A DNA stretch of 64,000 nt from Azolla caroliniana (GCA_043228905.1 JBHGNT010000003.1:3224001-3288000), one strand, 5' to 3'; numbered from the stretch's first letter, positions 40,201 through 52,165 are shown. Program-made: numbers and translations. Notes: generated by a model from the sequence alone, not told the origin.

Positions 40201-40700
40201 CAAATGAAATGAAGCCCTAGAGTCCAACAACCATGTATGAGCAAGCGAGTGAGCCATATTGACCTCAGCATAAGTAGCATCTTCATCCATGAGCAAAATG
40301 TCAGCATCATCATCACATGTAGCATTTATTTCCTCTATTTTCATTGAGGATGATGAACCAGTCACCTACATAACATGCCCATCACCATGGGTTTTGTCCT
40401 TTTCCTTTTCTCTTTTTTTTGTTTCTCAAGGCATAACAATGTTTTTTCATATGACCCTTCTTGTGGCATTAATGGCATTCCACAAGTTTCTTTCTAGATT
40501 TGCTTCTACTCTTATCATTTCTATGGCTATTTCCGGTTTGGATTCTACCACGTTGTTGGTTCTTGCCATAACCATAATCTCGTACATGATCTTTTCCAAG
40601 AAACCAATAGTTCTTACATGAACTATTACGACCAACAGAAGTGCTACTAGATGCATCCAACGTTTTTGACTCCATGGGAGTGAACAACAATATCAAACAA
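37220..40700 (-). mobile_element. Ty1/Copia (Tnt1-like) degenerate element: 3' LTR 37220-37565, RNaseH, partial RT, integrase, protease, gag zinc knuckle
   Basis: WLLDSRASFH, IWHGHLGH, CEPCQYGKQ, LDLVHTYVCGPM, TPIQNGVA, FWAEAV, CH*CHKKGHMKKHC. 37220-39058 duplicates 15580-17418 at offset 21640. Confidence 0.92.
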
Positions 40701-40799
40701 CTGAGCACAAGAACTTCTTGAGGTCTCCCACCACAACTTATTTCCTTTTTTGGCCCACCACAACTTATTTCCTTTTTGCCGAATGTAGTGAGGTCTCCC

Positions 40800-41060
40800 A
40801 CCACCAAAAAGGAAAAGGGGTATACAGACACACATATATATGTATATATAAATATAATCATACATAATTATAACTTTTCCCTTTTTTGGCCCTAAGCCAA
40901 TTCGGTGCCCAACCGGCTCCCAATCTGTTGTATGCTCAGTCGATTGCTAACACGCAACCGATTCTTAATCAACCCTTTGGCTCTGTGTTGTGGGCTCCAC
41001 TTGAGGGGGAGTGTTGAGAGACAAGCTCAACATCGGCCGGATCGGCTGAAGAAGTCGAGG
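40800..41060. mobile_element. LTR patchwork: fragment of the 22390-23561 LTR family followed by Copia PPT + LTR start
   Basis: 40805-41002 matches 23345-23543; then GAGGGGGAG-TGTTGAGAG. Confidence 0.7.
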
Positions 41061-41061
41061 A

Positions 41062-41460
41062 CCATAAATCAACCTAATAACTAATTTATACATGAATCAT
41101 GAGAACGATTCATAATAAGTACATAATCTTCCACTATATTTCATAAGGCAATCTGGTCCAGGACGATAAATACATAAATAGTGGGCAATAAACCAACCCA
41201 TAGATCAACCTAATAACTAATTTATACATGAATCATAGAAACGATTCACCATAAGTACATAATCTTCCATAATATTTCATAAGGCAATCTGGTCTAGGAC
41301 TACAAATACATAAATAGTCAAGCATTAAATAAACCTATATATCAAACAAATACTTAATTTAATAAAGAATCATGAAAACGATTCACCATAATTACATAAT
41401 CTTCCACAATGTTTCATAAGCCAATCTGTTCTAGGACCACAAATACATAAATAATGGGCA
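41062..41460. repeat. ~136-bp tandem repeat array, ~3 units
   Basis: Motif at ~41086, 41221, 41360. Confidence 0.88.
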
Positions 41461-41510
41461 AGAAGCATACGATTGAATTAAATAAAGTTGATTGTGTTGA
41501 GAGCTTCTGA

Positions 41511-42426
41511 TCGTAGCACTTATCGATGCACATGTTTTTCCACATGCCGACCAAACTTTGATCGGTTCCCACGTTGTTCTCTATAACCTTGGCTTTTTCT
41601 AAGATTGCAAGATCTACCTTGGTGTCGATGAGCTCCTCCATTATGAATCCATACATTGAAAACATAGTTCCATATCTCTTACTTATCTCCAATGCAATGA
41701 GGTTCCTCAGCACATCCTCCGTGTTGTTGTACACTGCAAGTTTCGGAAGATGCAGCCCATGTGTTGTAACAAAGTACTCAATAATATATAAAACATTAGA
41801 TGATTTATCTTAAGCGCAAGCAATATTGAATCAGAGCTTTCGATAAAAACTAAGCTTAGGATTACAATGATTTCTTATGAGTTAGTTTGCTTTAACAACT
41901 TGATCTTCCACAATTACAAGCTCAAGTCAAATATAAACTTCTTCTCTTCAGAGTCAAGCCAATCCTCGCTCAAGAATACTAAGAATTCATGAATGAAGAT
42001 GGTATCAACGGTGACGAGATATCTCAAGGAATCAAAGTTTTAAGCCCTGGTTAGGCTGAAATAGATGTCACTAAGTTCCTGGGGCTCGGGGATGAGATTT
42101 GTCATGATCTCTCCCACATGTGGTATCTTATGTCTTTCCATGAATTTCTACACACATACGGCCTTGCATCTATCCATAGGGGAAGGCTCGAAGTTATGAT
42201 ACAATGGATCGATTGTCAGTATCTGCAGGTAATATTGATGGGAATATGTGACTGAATCGGGATTATTTAAACTTCAAACAGAATTAACACTTGATGAAAC
42301 CACGAGACGAAAAATGAGAGTACACCCAAAAAAATTTAACGTGGAAAACCCAAAATAGCGAAAACCCAAATTAACACTTGCATCTATCCATAGGGGAAGG
42401 CTCGAAGTTATGATACAATGGACCAA
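41511..42426 (-). pseudogene. DUF247 pseudogene (type C, copy 2); TM region deleted
   Basis: Near-identical to ~21438-22352; junction gcttctga|tcgtagcac removes ~210 bp encoding the TM C-terminus. Confidence 0.85.
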
Positions 42427-43579
42427 TGTCGTGAAGATCCGTCACTACGCGCGGATCGTGAGGCGGAACCGCCGGGGTTCTGGACCAGAAGGATTCATAG
42501 TCGATACAAGCTTTGGTGAGAAAGTACTTAAGATAGATTGGGAAAGAGAGAAGTTGATTTTAAATGATTGAGAAAGATTGATTGAAGTTTTATCTTTGGA
42601 TTTAAGAAACAAGTTACACCATCAATTTGATAACAAATTTCTTCTTCTTAATTTCATAATAAAAAAAACCGTGTTTTTTCTCCTCCCCCTTCCTTCTTTT
42701 ATAGATGCTCTCATGCATATGATGCATGTGAGGGTACAAGACATGCATAAATTGCATGTTTGCCATTTGGCGCTTATGTGTTACATGTGGTGCATGATAA
42801 CCATGTCACTCATTTTAGCTCTCATGTATGAGAATTTACATGTAAAAGTACAATGATAGAAATATAATTCTAATTAAATAGCATGGCTTAATGGTAAGCC
42901 AATTGACTCCTAACTTGGAGGTGCAAGGTTCGAATCCTTACTTGCCCTCCTTGTATATGTAAATATGTATATATATTTATATATTTATTTATCTAGTCAC
43001 CGGATGCCGTTGGTTACCAGTGTTGCCGCCGGATGCCGCCAGATGTTGTCGTCTCACCGGCGCCGGATATCGGTGCCGTCACCGGATGCCGCCGGATACC
43101 GTCCTCTCACCGGCGTCGGATACCGCCGGTGCTGCCGCTGGATACCGTCGTCTCAACGGCGCCGGATGCCGGATACCGGCTCCATCGCCGGTCCGGTTTT
43201 GGTTGGCCAAAACCATTTACGAGTAGCTAGCCCACCTCCACTCTTAGTTCAAGTTACCTTGAACTCTCTATGCTCCACACATAAACACAAAGATAATATA
43301 TTTTGCTCTACCTTATATATGATGAGAGCCGTATTTGTCGTGCCATGTGGGATATCTCACGATTTTCTCTTTTCCTTTCACAAACTTTATACCCTAATAT
43401 CTTGACATTTAGTTGTCCGTTTCTCGTGTAATAAAGTGCATTTGAAACCTCCATCATTTTGTACTTAGATATTAAATTTATTTAAAATGTTATCTTCACA
43501 ATTATTGTATTATGTGATTCATACTCGATTTCGTACGTTTTATGGGATTTTCACACTATTGCCAAAAATCTTCACGACA
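42427..43579 (-). mobile_element. Solo LTR, 1153 bp, 12-bp terminal inverted repeats
   Basis: TGTCGTGAAGAT...ATCTTCACGACA; near-TSD CCAA/CCGA; minus-strand TATAAAAG near 42700; GC-rich ccggatgccg repeats at 43000-43190. The minus-strand start resembles the LTR starts at 55966 and 58080. Confidence 0.85.
42878..42946 (+). other. tRNA-derived sequence (Pol III A and B boxes) inside LTR; not a functional tRNA
   Basis: A box TGGCTTAATGG at 42884-42894; B box GGTTCGAATCC at 42927-42937; stem ctcc/ggag; no convincing acceptor stem. Confidence 0.75.
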
Positions 43580-44508
43580 CCGATTTAGAGAAATTTCTCA
43601 ATGGAAGGCCAATTATTTGAGTAAAAATGGATGAAATGACCCCTAAATTCATACAATGTGAAGTTTAAGAGATATCGTGTTTAGCGAAAGCCTGTAAACA
43701 ATGTTGGTGAAAACTCTAAAGGTCGTCAAACATAATTATGTCACATTAGAAGAGAAAAAGCAAGTCTAATTAAGACGTAGCTAAATTTGGTTTTGGATGC
43801 TCAATAATCTTCCATGAAAAGCAATAACTTGTGGAAGAAGTTTAAAGTTTGAGTAGGCCAGGCTGCTGTAAAACCTATGAAGATGCCGCCATGTCTTGTC
43901 ATATGAATTCCTTCATAAAAAGCACTCAATTACATCTGGCGATGACAGAAAACTGTGTACCATCGAAGCAATAAGTAGTGTATTTAAAGATTCCGTTTTT
44001 GGTTGTACACCTCAATATCGATTATATAGCGTATCACAAAATTGAGATGAATAGGATAACGTTAGCAATGAGCATATCACGCAATGGAATTTTGAGATCA
44101 ATAGACCAGTCCTCCTGTCTTGTCGATTGCACTCTAACCAATCCTTCAAATCTATCATTCATCCATCAGTTATTGAAGTTTGGTGGGGGGGTGGGGGGAT
44201 ATTCTAACAAAAATTTCTAGTAATTTTTTGAAACGGGAGGTAGAAAGACAAACTACATGGATTCGGCGGAAGTGATTCGTTATTGTAACAACTTACAAGT
44301 ATGTATATTCATGAGACTAATAGAACTAATAATTGCATTAGGGTTGATTTGGACATTCCATAATCAATCAATTTGGATTCTATCGTGTTCAACATGTAGG
44401 TAGTTTAATGAACGTGGGATCAGGAAGAAGATGATGATGAAGACGGACAAAAACAAATTGTGCTTCAATCTACTCAAATTTAACTCCCACAACATTTATG
44501 TCGATTAA

Positions 44509-44895
44509 TTTATACATGAATCATGAAAACGATTCACCATAAGTACATAATCCTCCACAATATTTCGTGGGGCAATCCGGTTCAACACTACAATTTACAA
44601 ATTCATAAATAATGGGAATTAGTTAAGCTATAAAATCAAACCAATAAATAATTTATACGAGAATCATGAAAAGGATTTACCATAAGCACATAATCTTCCA
44701 CAATATTTCATAGGGTAATCTGGTCCAGGAATATAAATACATAAATAATGGAAAATATGCAAGCTAATAAATCAAACTAATAACTAAATTAAAAATGAAT
44801 CATGAAAACGATTCACCATAAGTACATAATCTTCGACAATATTTCATAAGGCAATCTGGCTTAGGAAACTAGAAATACATAAATAGTGGGCAATA
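44509..44895. repeat. ~136-bp tandem repeat array, ~3 units, 3' of DUF247
   Basis: Motif at ~44510, 44653, 44790. Confidence 0.88.
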
Positions 44896-44968
44896 ATCAA
44901 AGAGTGATGTTAAGGAAAGCTTATTGAGGTCAAGGGTTCTTTAGTTTTGTTGCAGTGTTAATGTCAGG

Positions 44969-46498
44969 TTATGGAATGGTGTTGATATAACCTAAGACTG
45001 TAAAGACTGTCTCCAGCACTGAAACTATGAGTAGTAGAAACGCGAGTATGAATGATATCGTATGCCATGGCAGAGAAAAGAACCTTTCATAAACCTGGAC
45101 ACGCCAGCGATGCATACGGGAGGAATGGTCGGCCACTATTTCTTGGACCATTGATTCGGTGCGGGAGTTGTATCGCTTGTTGATGCAAATGGTTTTCCAC
45201 ATGTCTATCAACTTCTCACTGCTTCCCAGCTGGTTCTGTATGACCTTGGTCTCTTGCAACAGTGCGATATCGTCCTTGGTTTCGATGAGTTGGCTCATAA
45301 TGATACCATACATCGAAAATACACTATTACGAGTATATGTTATTTCAAATGTGATGAGGTTTCTCAGCACATCCTCCGTGCTATCGTACACGACAAGCTT
45401 CGGAAGATGTAGTCGTCGTTTTCTCTTGTCATACTTGATTACCGAAAGGTTGCCTTCACACGCCGTGAATGAAATGTTGGCTTTGCGGAGTTGAGATGCT
45501 GTTGGCAGGCGAACAGATGTCGGTTTGTGTGTTGGTAGTCCGTCTCTGCTTTTGTACCTTGCTGGATTTAATCCTTCACCTCTAGTCTCTATTGAAATAA
45601 GATCATCAGTAGTGCATGAGTAGTAGAGGTACTCAAGTATAGTTTTGGATGTTGTGACAGCAGGCAATATAGTATTGTCAATGAAGAATGGATTGGAGTG
45701 AATAATAAAATGAGTCAATACATTCTCCCAATTAGTTTTTAGTGTCTTTGGGTATAGCTTATAAACCTGTACAAAGAATGCCATTGGAATTTGATTGCCT
45801 ATCAGCAACAAATCCCTTTGTGTGTCCTCATCAGCGAAGTTTCTTGGACTGGTTTTCCCACCCGTCTTATAGACCTCGTACAGATTTTCAAGGAATTGTA
45901 CTATGTAAACTGTGTCGATCGCAATCACAAACTCAAGCCACGGAATGTCGTCATAGTTGTTGGTAAAGTCATCATAGATCTTGGTAAGTATATTTTGATG
46001 ATTATAGGTGATGTCTTTTATGAGCTCTTCTATACCAGGTATGTGATGATTTTCCAGGAATTGTTTTATTATACCTGCTTTCTTGAGGCTACTGTGCTTG
46101 GACTCTAGAGTTTTATAGTACGGACCTATGCTTATGAATTTAGGTTCGTATGCCTCTGGCTTAATTTTACTGTATTCTTGCGGCGGCTTCGAAATTATGC
46201 AGTATGGATATATGTCATCCTTATTGAAATCGGAGTTGACCAATTGAATCATTGACACTTTCCATTCATTTTCTCTTTCTTCCTCAGTCATTGTGGTCTC
46301 AGCTTCTTTTATTGGATTTGTAATGTTTAATGTGGTAGCCGTGTTTACTTTCTCCACTGCTGCTTCTTGGTGTGAACTTGGTGTTTTTATCTTATAATTA
46401 TGGTTATGATCTGGAGTTGTAATATTTTTTGACGTCTTCTTCAATTTCATCATTCTCACTATCCAATTTATAAATCGTCTTCTTTCTCCTGGTGTCAT
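44969..46498 (-). CDS. DUF247 (UPF0481-like) protein, 509 aa, single exon, C-terminal TM helix
   Basis: PEAYEPKFISIGPYY, RDLLLIGNQIPM, LPTASQLRKANISF, LHLPKL..STEDVLRNLITFE, IQNQLGS, FFSLPWHTISFILAFLLLIVSVLETVFTVL. Confidence 0.95.
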   Translation of the reverse strand: MTPGERRRFINWIVRMMKLKKTSKNITTPDHNHNYKIKTPSSHQEAAVEKVNTATTLNITNPIKEAETTMTEEERENEWKVSMIQLVNSDFNKDDIYPYCIISKPPQEYSKIKPEAYEPKFISIGPYYKTLESKHSSLKKAGIIKQFLENHHIPGIEELIKDITYNHQNILTKIYDDFTNNYDDIPWLEFVIAIDTVYIVQFLENLYEVYKTGGKTSPRNFADEDTQRDLLLIGNQIPMAFFVQVYKLYPKTLKTNWENVLTHFIIHSNPFFIDNTILPAVTTSKTILEYLYYSCTTDDLISIETRGEGLNPARYKSRDGLPTHKPTSVRLPTASQLRKANISFTACEGNLSVIKYDKRKRRLHLPKLVVYDSTEDVLRNLITFEITYTRNSVFSMYGIIMSQLIETKDDIALLQETKVIQNQLGSSEKLIDMWKTICINKRYNSRTESMVQEIVADHSSRMHRWRVQVYERFFSLPWHTISFILAFLLLIVSVLETVFTVLGYINTIP

Positions 46499-47841
46499 AT
46501 TATTGTTGGGTCGTAGATTCCTTTGCGTGTCCTATTGAAATCTTTGTTCCTTATATATTCTTTTCGTAGACTGGATGCGACTTCATTTAAATGCGTTGCC
46601 TTGTGTGTGCGAAAGAGAGGTATACAGAGAGATTGCATTCAAGAATAGCAATATGAGTGTAGACAAGAATGATGCCATCTGCCCATGCGAAGCAAGTCGA
46701 TAGTAATTAATCGATTCTTGTTTGATGTTTTATTTTCATCATCATTTTATTTGTTTTCTTGTATGACATGTGGTCATAATATTATCGGGTTACGTGGTCC
46801 TTTGCGTGTCCTGAAGAGTCCATTGCCTGTTATATTCTTTTATTGGTCCATAGTATACTCCCTCGTGCGTTGCCTTGTATGTGGGGAAGAGAGATGGGTA
46901 GGGAATGTTGGCGTGCAAGATCTGCATATATGGTGACAAGAATCATGCTATCTTCACATGAAAGGTTACCCGATTCTAATTAAGCCTTTTGTAGGTTTCT
47001 TTATTTTAAGTGGTCTCAACTTATGCATGCCGGCCGTTGGGCCGATTAATAATTGATGAAAAAACCGATCACACTTATGTTACATGTGGTTAGAAAATAT
47101 ATAATTGCAAGCTCTGTTATGCTCGACATAGACAAGGAGATGTTACAAGAACCGGCCCTATAAACTGAGAAAAATCGTGTATGAATTGACACCCAAGTCT
47201 TTGATACGTATGCCTGTCTTTGCGTAGTATGGTTGCGTTGCATATAGATGTTATGGTTAAAACAACGACTGATAAGTGTAATCTCAAAGCAATGTTATGC
47301 CCCATTTTATAGAGTTTCCTGACACTGTCTATTCCTAGGTTAATCTGGGGTTATTATGCTGAATGAACATTTGGTGAAAAAGCTGTCACATGTACTGATT
47401 TGCCATCAAGTTTCTATATCTCGATGATGGATGAGGCCACCTATTTTTAATGTTCAATACTTTTTCTCTTTGTCAGATAAGTCATGAGTAAACTTGCAAA
47501 TGCAATTTCTAGAAGGCCATCTCGTGAAACTCCAAACCAATTACAGCCAAAAATATTGTGCTGCTATCATATCTTATAAAAGTATAGGTCGGAATGTTTC
47601 ATTATAATATCACGGTTCATTGTATGATGTTCTAGGTTGTTCCAATTCATATATATGTCTCAAGAAAACAGAGAATGTCATTATGAGATGTTTGGAACTA
47701 TGGCAATATATTTATATAAATATAGAAAAAAGAAAAGAGGGGTAACAAAGGAAAGAAACGAAGAGTCTTTCGGTTACCTTTATTTTGAACTAAAATGGAG
47801 AGCTTTTACAGTCATAATAGAAACAGAATAAGATAGATAGT

Positions 47842-47842
<1 letters not shown>

Positions 47843-47873
<31 letters not shown>
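47843..47873. repeat. (AG)n microsatellite
   Basis: Directly visible. Confidence 0.9.
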
Positions 47874-47877
<4 letters not shown>

Positions 47878-50800
47878 TATATGAACGTCTTCTAAGGCCA
47901 AAATTGGACCCATGAGACAAATGGTTAAAAAAAAGAAGGGATATTTACCCATTCAATTCCCCATGAGCTTTCCCCATAAGTATTGTGATCATCTTTATAA
48001 GTCGTAAGGTCTCCAAATCAAGGTTATCACATACGAGACTTGCTTTTCCTTTATTTCTGAAAGGATATTGAATTATCAGAATATATGCTACGATTGTCCC
48101 GATCTTATCAACAGAGAATAAATCTATTCAGACATTTTGCATGTTACCTCAAAATCTAAGAAATCTAACCTAGTAAAATTATGTGTATATGTGGTTGCAT
48201 AGTTAATTATTATATTTTTATCAAACAAGCCCCTGTTGATTGAATACAACATCACCTATGTAATATGCTATTTGTGATCTGACATTGTACGTACGATAAA
48301 TAATTTGATTATTATTGTATTATGGAGCTATTTCTGACTACAACATTGGTTAATTAAGCAATCATCTTGCCTTCTCCCAGTTAAAATGAAGTATGTTTTG
48401 TATGACTCTCATTTGACAGTCAAGTACGCTTCAACCACATCACAAGAATAAAGTTAGGATAGAATGCCCAACAATAGCCATGCAATGCCTATCCAAAAAT
48501 TTACTCACGAGATCAATTTAAAAGCATGGGCATTGGCAAGTAATATGCAACAATCTTATTTGCGGAAATACTTGCTTGGTAATTTGTATACAAACACAAA
48601 ACCCATACCCAATAATAGCCATACAATGCATATCTAAAAATTTATGCAAGTGCTTAACTTAAAAGGATGGGCAAGTAATATGCAACAATCTTTTTAGCGG
48701 AAATACTTGCTTGGTAATTTGTATACAAATGTCACCTTCTTGACTCACCTTCGGTAACGTGCCACAAACAAGTGGCGCTTAACCCCAATTATTTGACATA
48801 TGGTGAATCTTTATAAACAACCCTCCATAACATAAAGATAATAGTAAACCCTTGATGTGTGTCACAAATGATGATTTGAGAGGATGAAAGTCCGAATTGA
48901 AGACTTGCAAATAGCTAGAGTAAACAGAGAGATGCTATATAGGTTCACACAAAGGACCTTACATCTATCAAGAGGGGAAGGATTTAGGTGTTTATACTTT
49001 GGACTGATTGTGAGGACTGGTGAGCAATATGTGGTATCATTACAATTGTGATCTAATTCATTAAAAGTTACCCATGAGAGAAGTGATTTTAAGAGGTGAA
49101 GTTGTTTTTGAATGAGGCGGAGCTTTTCAGCCCAACTTGCTAGATTTGTGTCCTTCTCTTTGGACAATGTGTCACGTTGGTTAATGACAATGTGATTAAT
49201 GACAGTAGTTACGACAATGATCACAATATGTTTGCGAAACATAATACGTGGGTCATAGTGATGTGACTACATTCGTACAACATATATAAAATCTGGTCGG
49301 ATTTAGGTCTCAAACTGACATGAATAGTTTGAGAAAGAAAAAATGGATGAGGCTACTATTGATAAATTTATTTGAGAGAAACAATTGAGCATGAAAGAAA
49401 CAGAGAGTTTGTGGTAAATGCTCGTAAATTGGTTATTACTCATCATATTATGCGCTCTGATTTAGTACTAATGACACCAATTTTCGTTGATCCTCCATGC
49501 AAGTGACCTTATTGGCAATGTTAATGAAAACCACCAATGCAATCAGGAAACAGTCATGGTCATTGTGACGATTGTAGGCCGTTAGCAATTGAAATTCCGC
49601 TAACATTAAGACATCATGTATTGTTAATAAGCATTTTGTGTTTCTCTAAGGTGTTTGATAATCCTAATTTGAATGGTAGATATTACATTTTGACCTTCCA
49701 CACCATAGTTCTAGTTGATGACCTCTTCCACAAGGCCTATTTCCTCGTTGAAAACATGTCTCTATCATGTCATCTTTTGTACCTTTCTCTCTAGGCTTCT
49801 ATCTACCTCATCCCTTCAGAGCTACCCCTTTCCAAAATTCTATAAAGACTTCTGTTGGCCGAAATTCATAGTATTGTTGGGTCGGACATTCCTTTCCGTT
49901 TGCTCACGAAACCTTTTTCTGTTGGATTCTTCTCGTAGTGTGGAAGCCACTCCATCCCAATGTCTTATGCTCTTTGATAATACATCCCAATGTCTTGTAT
50001 TTCACTCCATCCCAATGTCTTGTCTTTTCTTCTCTTGTTTTGTTTATGTATCAGTTTCCCTGGTATTGTTTATTTATCTCATCTATCTCTCATAATCATT
50101 CATCAATTTGATTTTCTCTTCTGGAGACCTTTTATCACTTCTTCTCTTTCTCTTCTCTATCAGCATTTTGTTTTCTGCATTTAATTTACCCCAATCATCA
50201 ATCATTGCACATAGGACATACCCGATCACTAGTTTTGGAACATTGACATGTTGACAATCACAGTATCAACCACATACTCAGCCTTCAAGATCTCTTTCTC
50301 CATGTAGTCATGGGTTTAGATATATCGTTACGAATTCTCATTCCTAGATTAACATACTAAGAAGGTAATCTAAAATCTTTCCATTCGTCGGAAAGTCTTA
50401 TAAATTCCTTGTTGGCCAAAAATGCAACGCTAGGTTATTTGCAACTTCCTAATATGGAACTGCGATCTACAATAAGAAATTATGGCTTGATTTTAAAATC
50501 ACACTATGAGGAATTACATACATACAAATGAAGAAGAAGGTAAAGAGATGGGGTGACTATATATTCAATAAGGAGATCAATCTTGCAATTCGAATGGATA
50601 GGGCTAAGCATATACCGTTTGCTGCGTTTCTATTGCTCACATTTTCAATACTACAGACGATCTTTTTTTTACTGCAAAACCTCTAGAGCAACCCTAAAGC
50701 AAATTTAGTAAGGCAGCTCAAATCAATAAGGTTTTGAGTTTTCTTCATTGATTAGGTAATTCATTTTACTTTATTCTATTATTTATTTTGGACGTTTTGG

Positions 50801-51491
50801 AAAAGGCCTTGTGTGTAACAACAAGGCTCCTGTGATGAAATAGGAAAAGAGAACATTTGCCATTGCTTTCTTGTAGGCTTTTCCTCCTAAGAGAACCATT
50901 GGCAACAATCCAAACAAGGAAAGTGAGAATAGTGTCGGTGTTGGGACCATTGGGCTAGCTCCCTTGGAATCAGAAAAAGAAACCCTAAGTCTAATCCACA
51001 GGGAGATAAACTCAATGGTCACGACGCACACGTGGAGAATGTGTCATCTATGTGGGACATATTGGAATTTATTGAAAAGTTCTCGTAGAAACCCTTAGCA
51101 AAAGAAACTAGGGACATTCACATACAATGGACAACTTAGTCTGAAGAGTTCTTTGTTTGAAATTAAAACCAAATTTTTTATATTATACTTGTAAAGTTGT
51201 ATATATAGAGAACACGTGTAGACACTAGTATCCAACATGTTGAACATACTTTGAAGGCTTACTCTAATTAAAATTTACTATAAAATTCTTAGATTACTAG
51301 TCTCACCAAAATTGGATCTCTTCTCTATTTATGGTTCCTTTCTTTTTCTTGCTTTCTTTACATCTCCAATTATCCTAGAAATCACTACACACTGTACTGA
51401 GAACTTGGAGAGGTAATGTAGATAATTAATAACATGTTTTTGTACATTGATCCATAACTAATTGTTGAGAATAAAGCTTAACCTAGTCTAT

Positions 51492-52165
51492 TGTGTGAAT
51501 ACACCCTTGAGAGTGTATGAACACTCAAAGGTCAAAAGTCACCGCTGCTTTTATAACATTAACTATGTGTCATAGAATCATATTCTATGACACATAACTA
51601 ATGAGATTCCACGTTCCCCATGACCCATGAGCTTCGGTAGTTAATGAAGAGAGAGAGAGTGACTATATAAATCACTCTCCTCCTACTTTGTAATATGTTA
51701 GTTTATCTCCTTTGTAATATACATCTTCTTGAGTATTCTATTTTCTCTCTAATCTATCTTGTGTTTCTCTCCTCTCCTTTCTCTCATACACACACTCACA
51801 ACACACACTTCTAACCTTTTCCGCTGCACAGAATCATACCATTGATTCTTTACATGGTATTAGAGTGTGTGGTTTAGTACATCCACTAAGCTCACTCGCC
51901 TCATCGTGATTGTGTGTTCGATACACCGGCGACAAATTCGGCTATCCATTATCGTAGTGCCACCACATAGCTCATGTTCGAAAGAGAAGGAAAAGAAGAA
52001 AGAAATCTACATCGACAATGAATACTCAAATGGGGAGCGCTCTCCCTAGCGAAAAGTTGGATAGAAACAACTTTGCATCTTGGGAGTACAAGATGCACCA
52101 TTACCTTGTCAGTCAAGGTTATTGGGGCTACATCAAAGGAGTACAAGAAAATTGAATCGACCCAA
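51492..52165 (+). mobile_element. Ty1/Copia 5' end: LTR 51492-51854, PBS 51855-51865, gag start
   Basis: TGTGTG...TTTACA, then TGGTATTAGAG; MGSALP.EKLDRNNFASWEYKMHHYLVSQGYWGYI from ~52030. Confidence 0.88.

Noticed and set aside
42878-42946. Functional tRNA gene
   Set aside because: No proper acceptor stem or 7-nt anticodon loop; lies inside an LTR.
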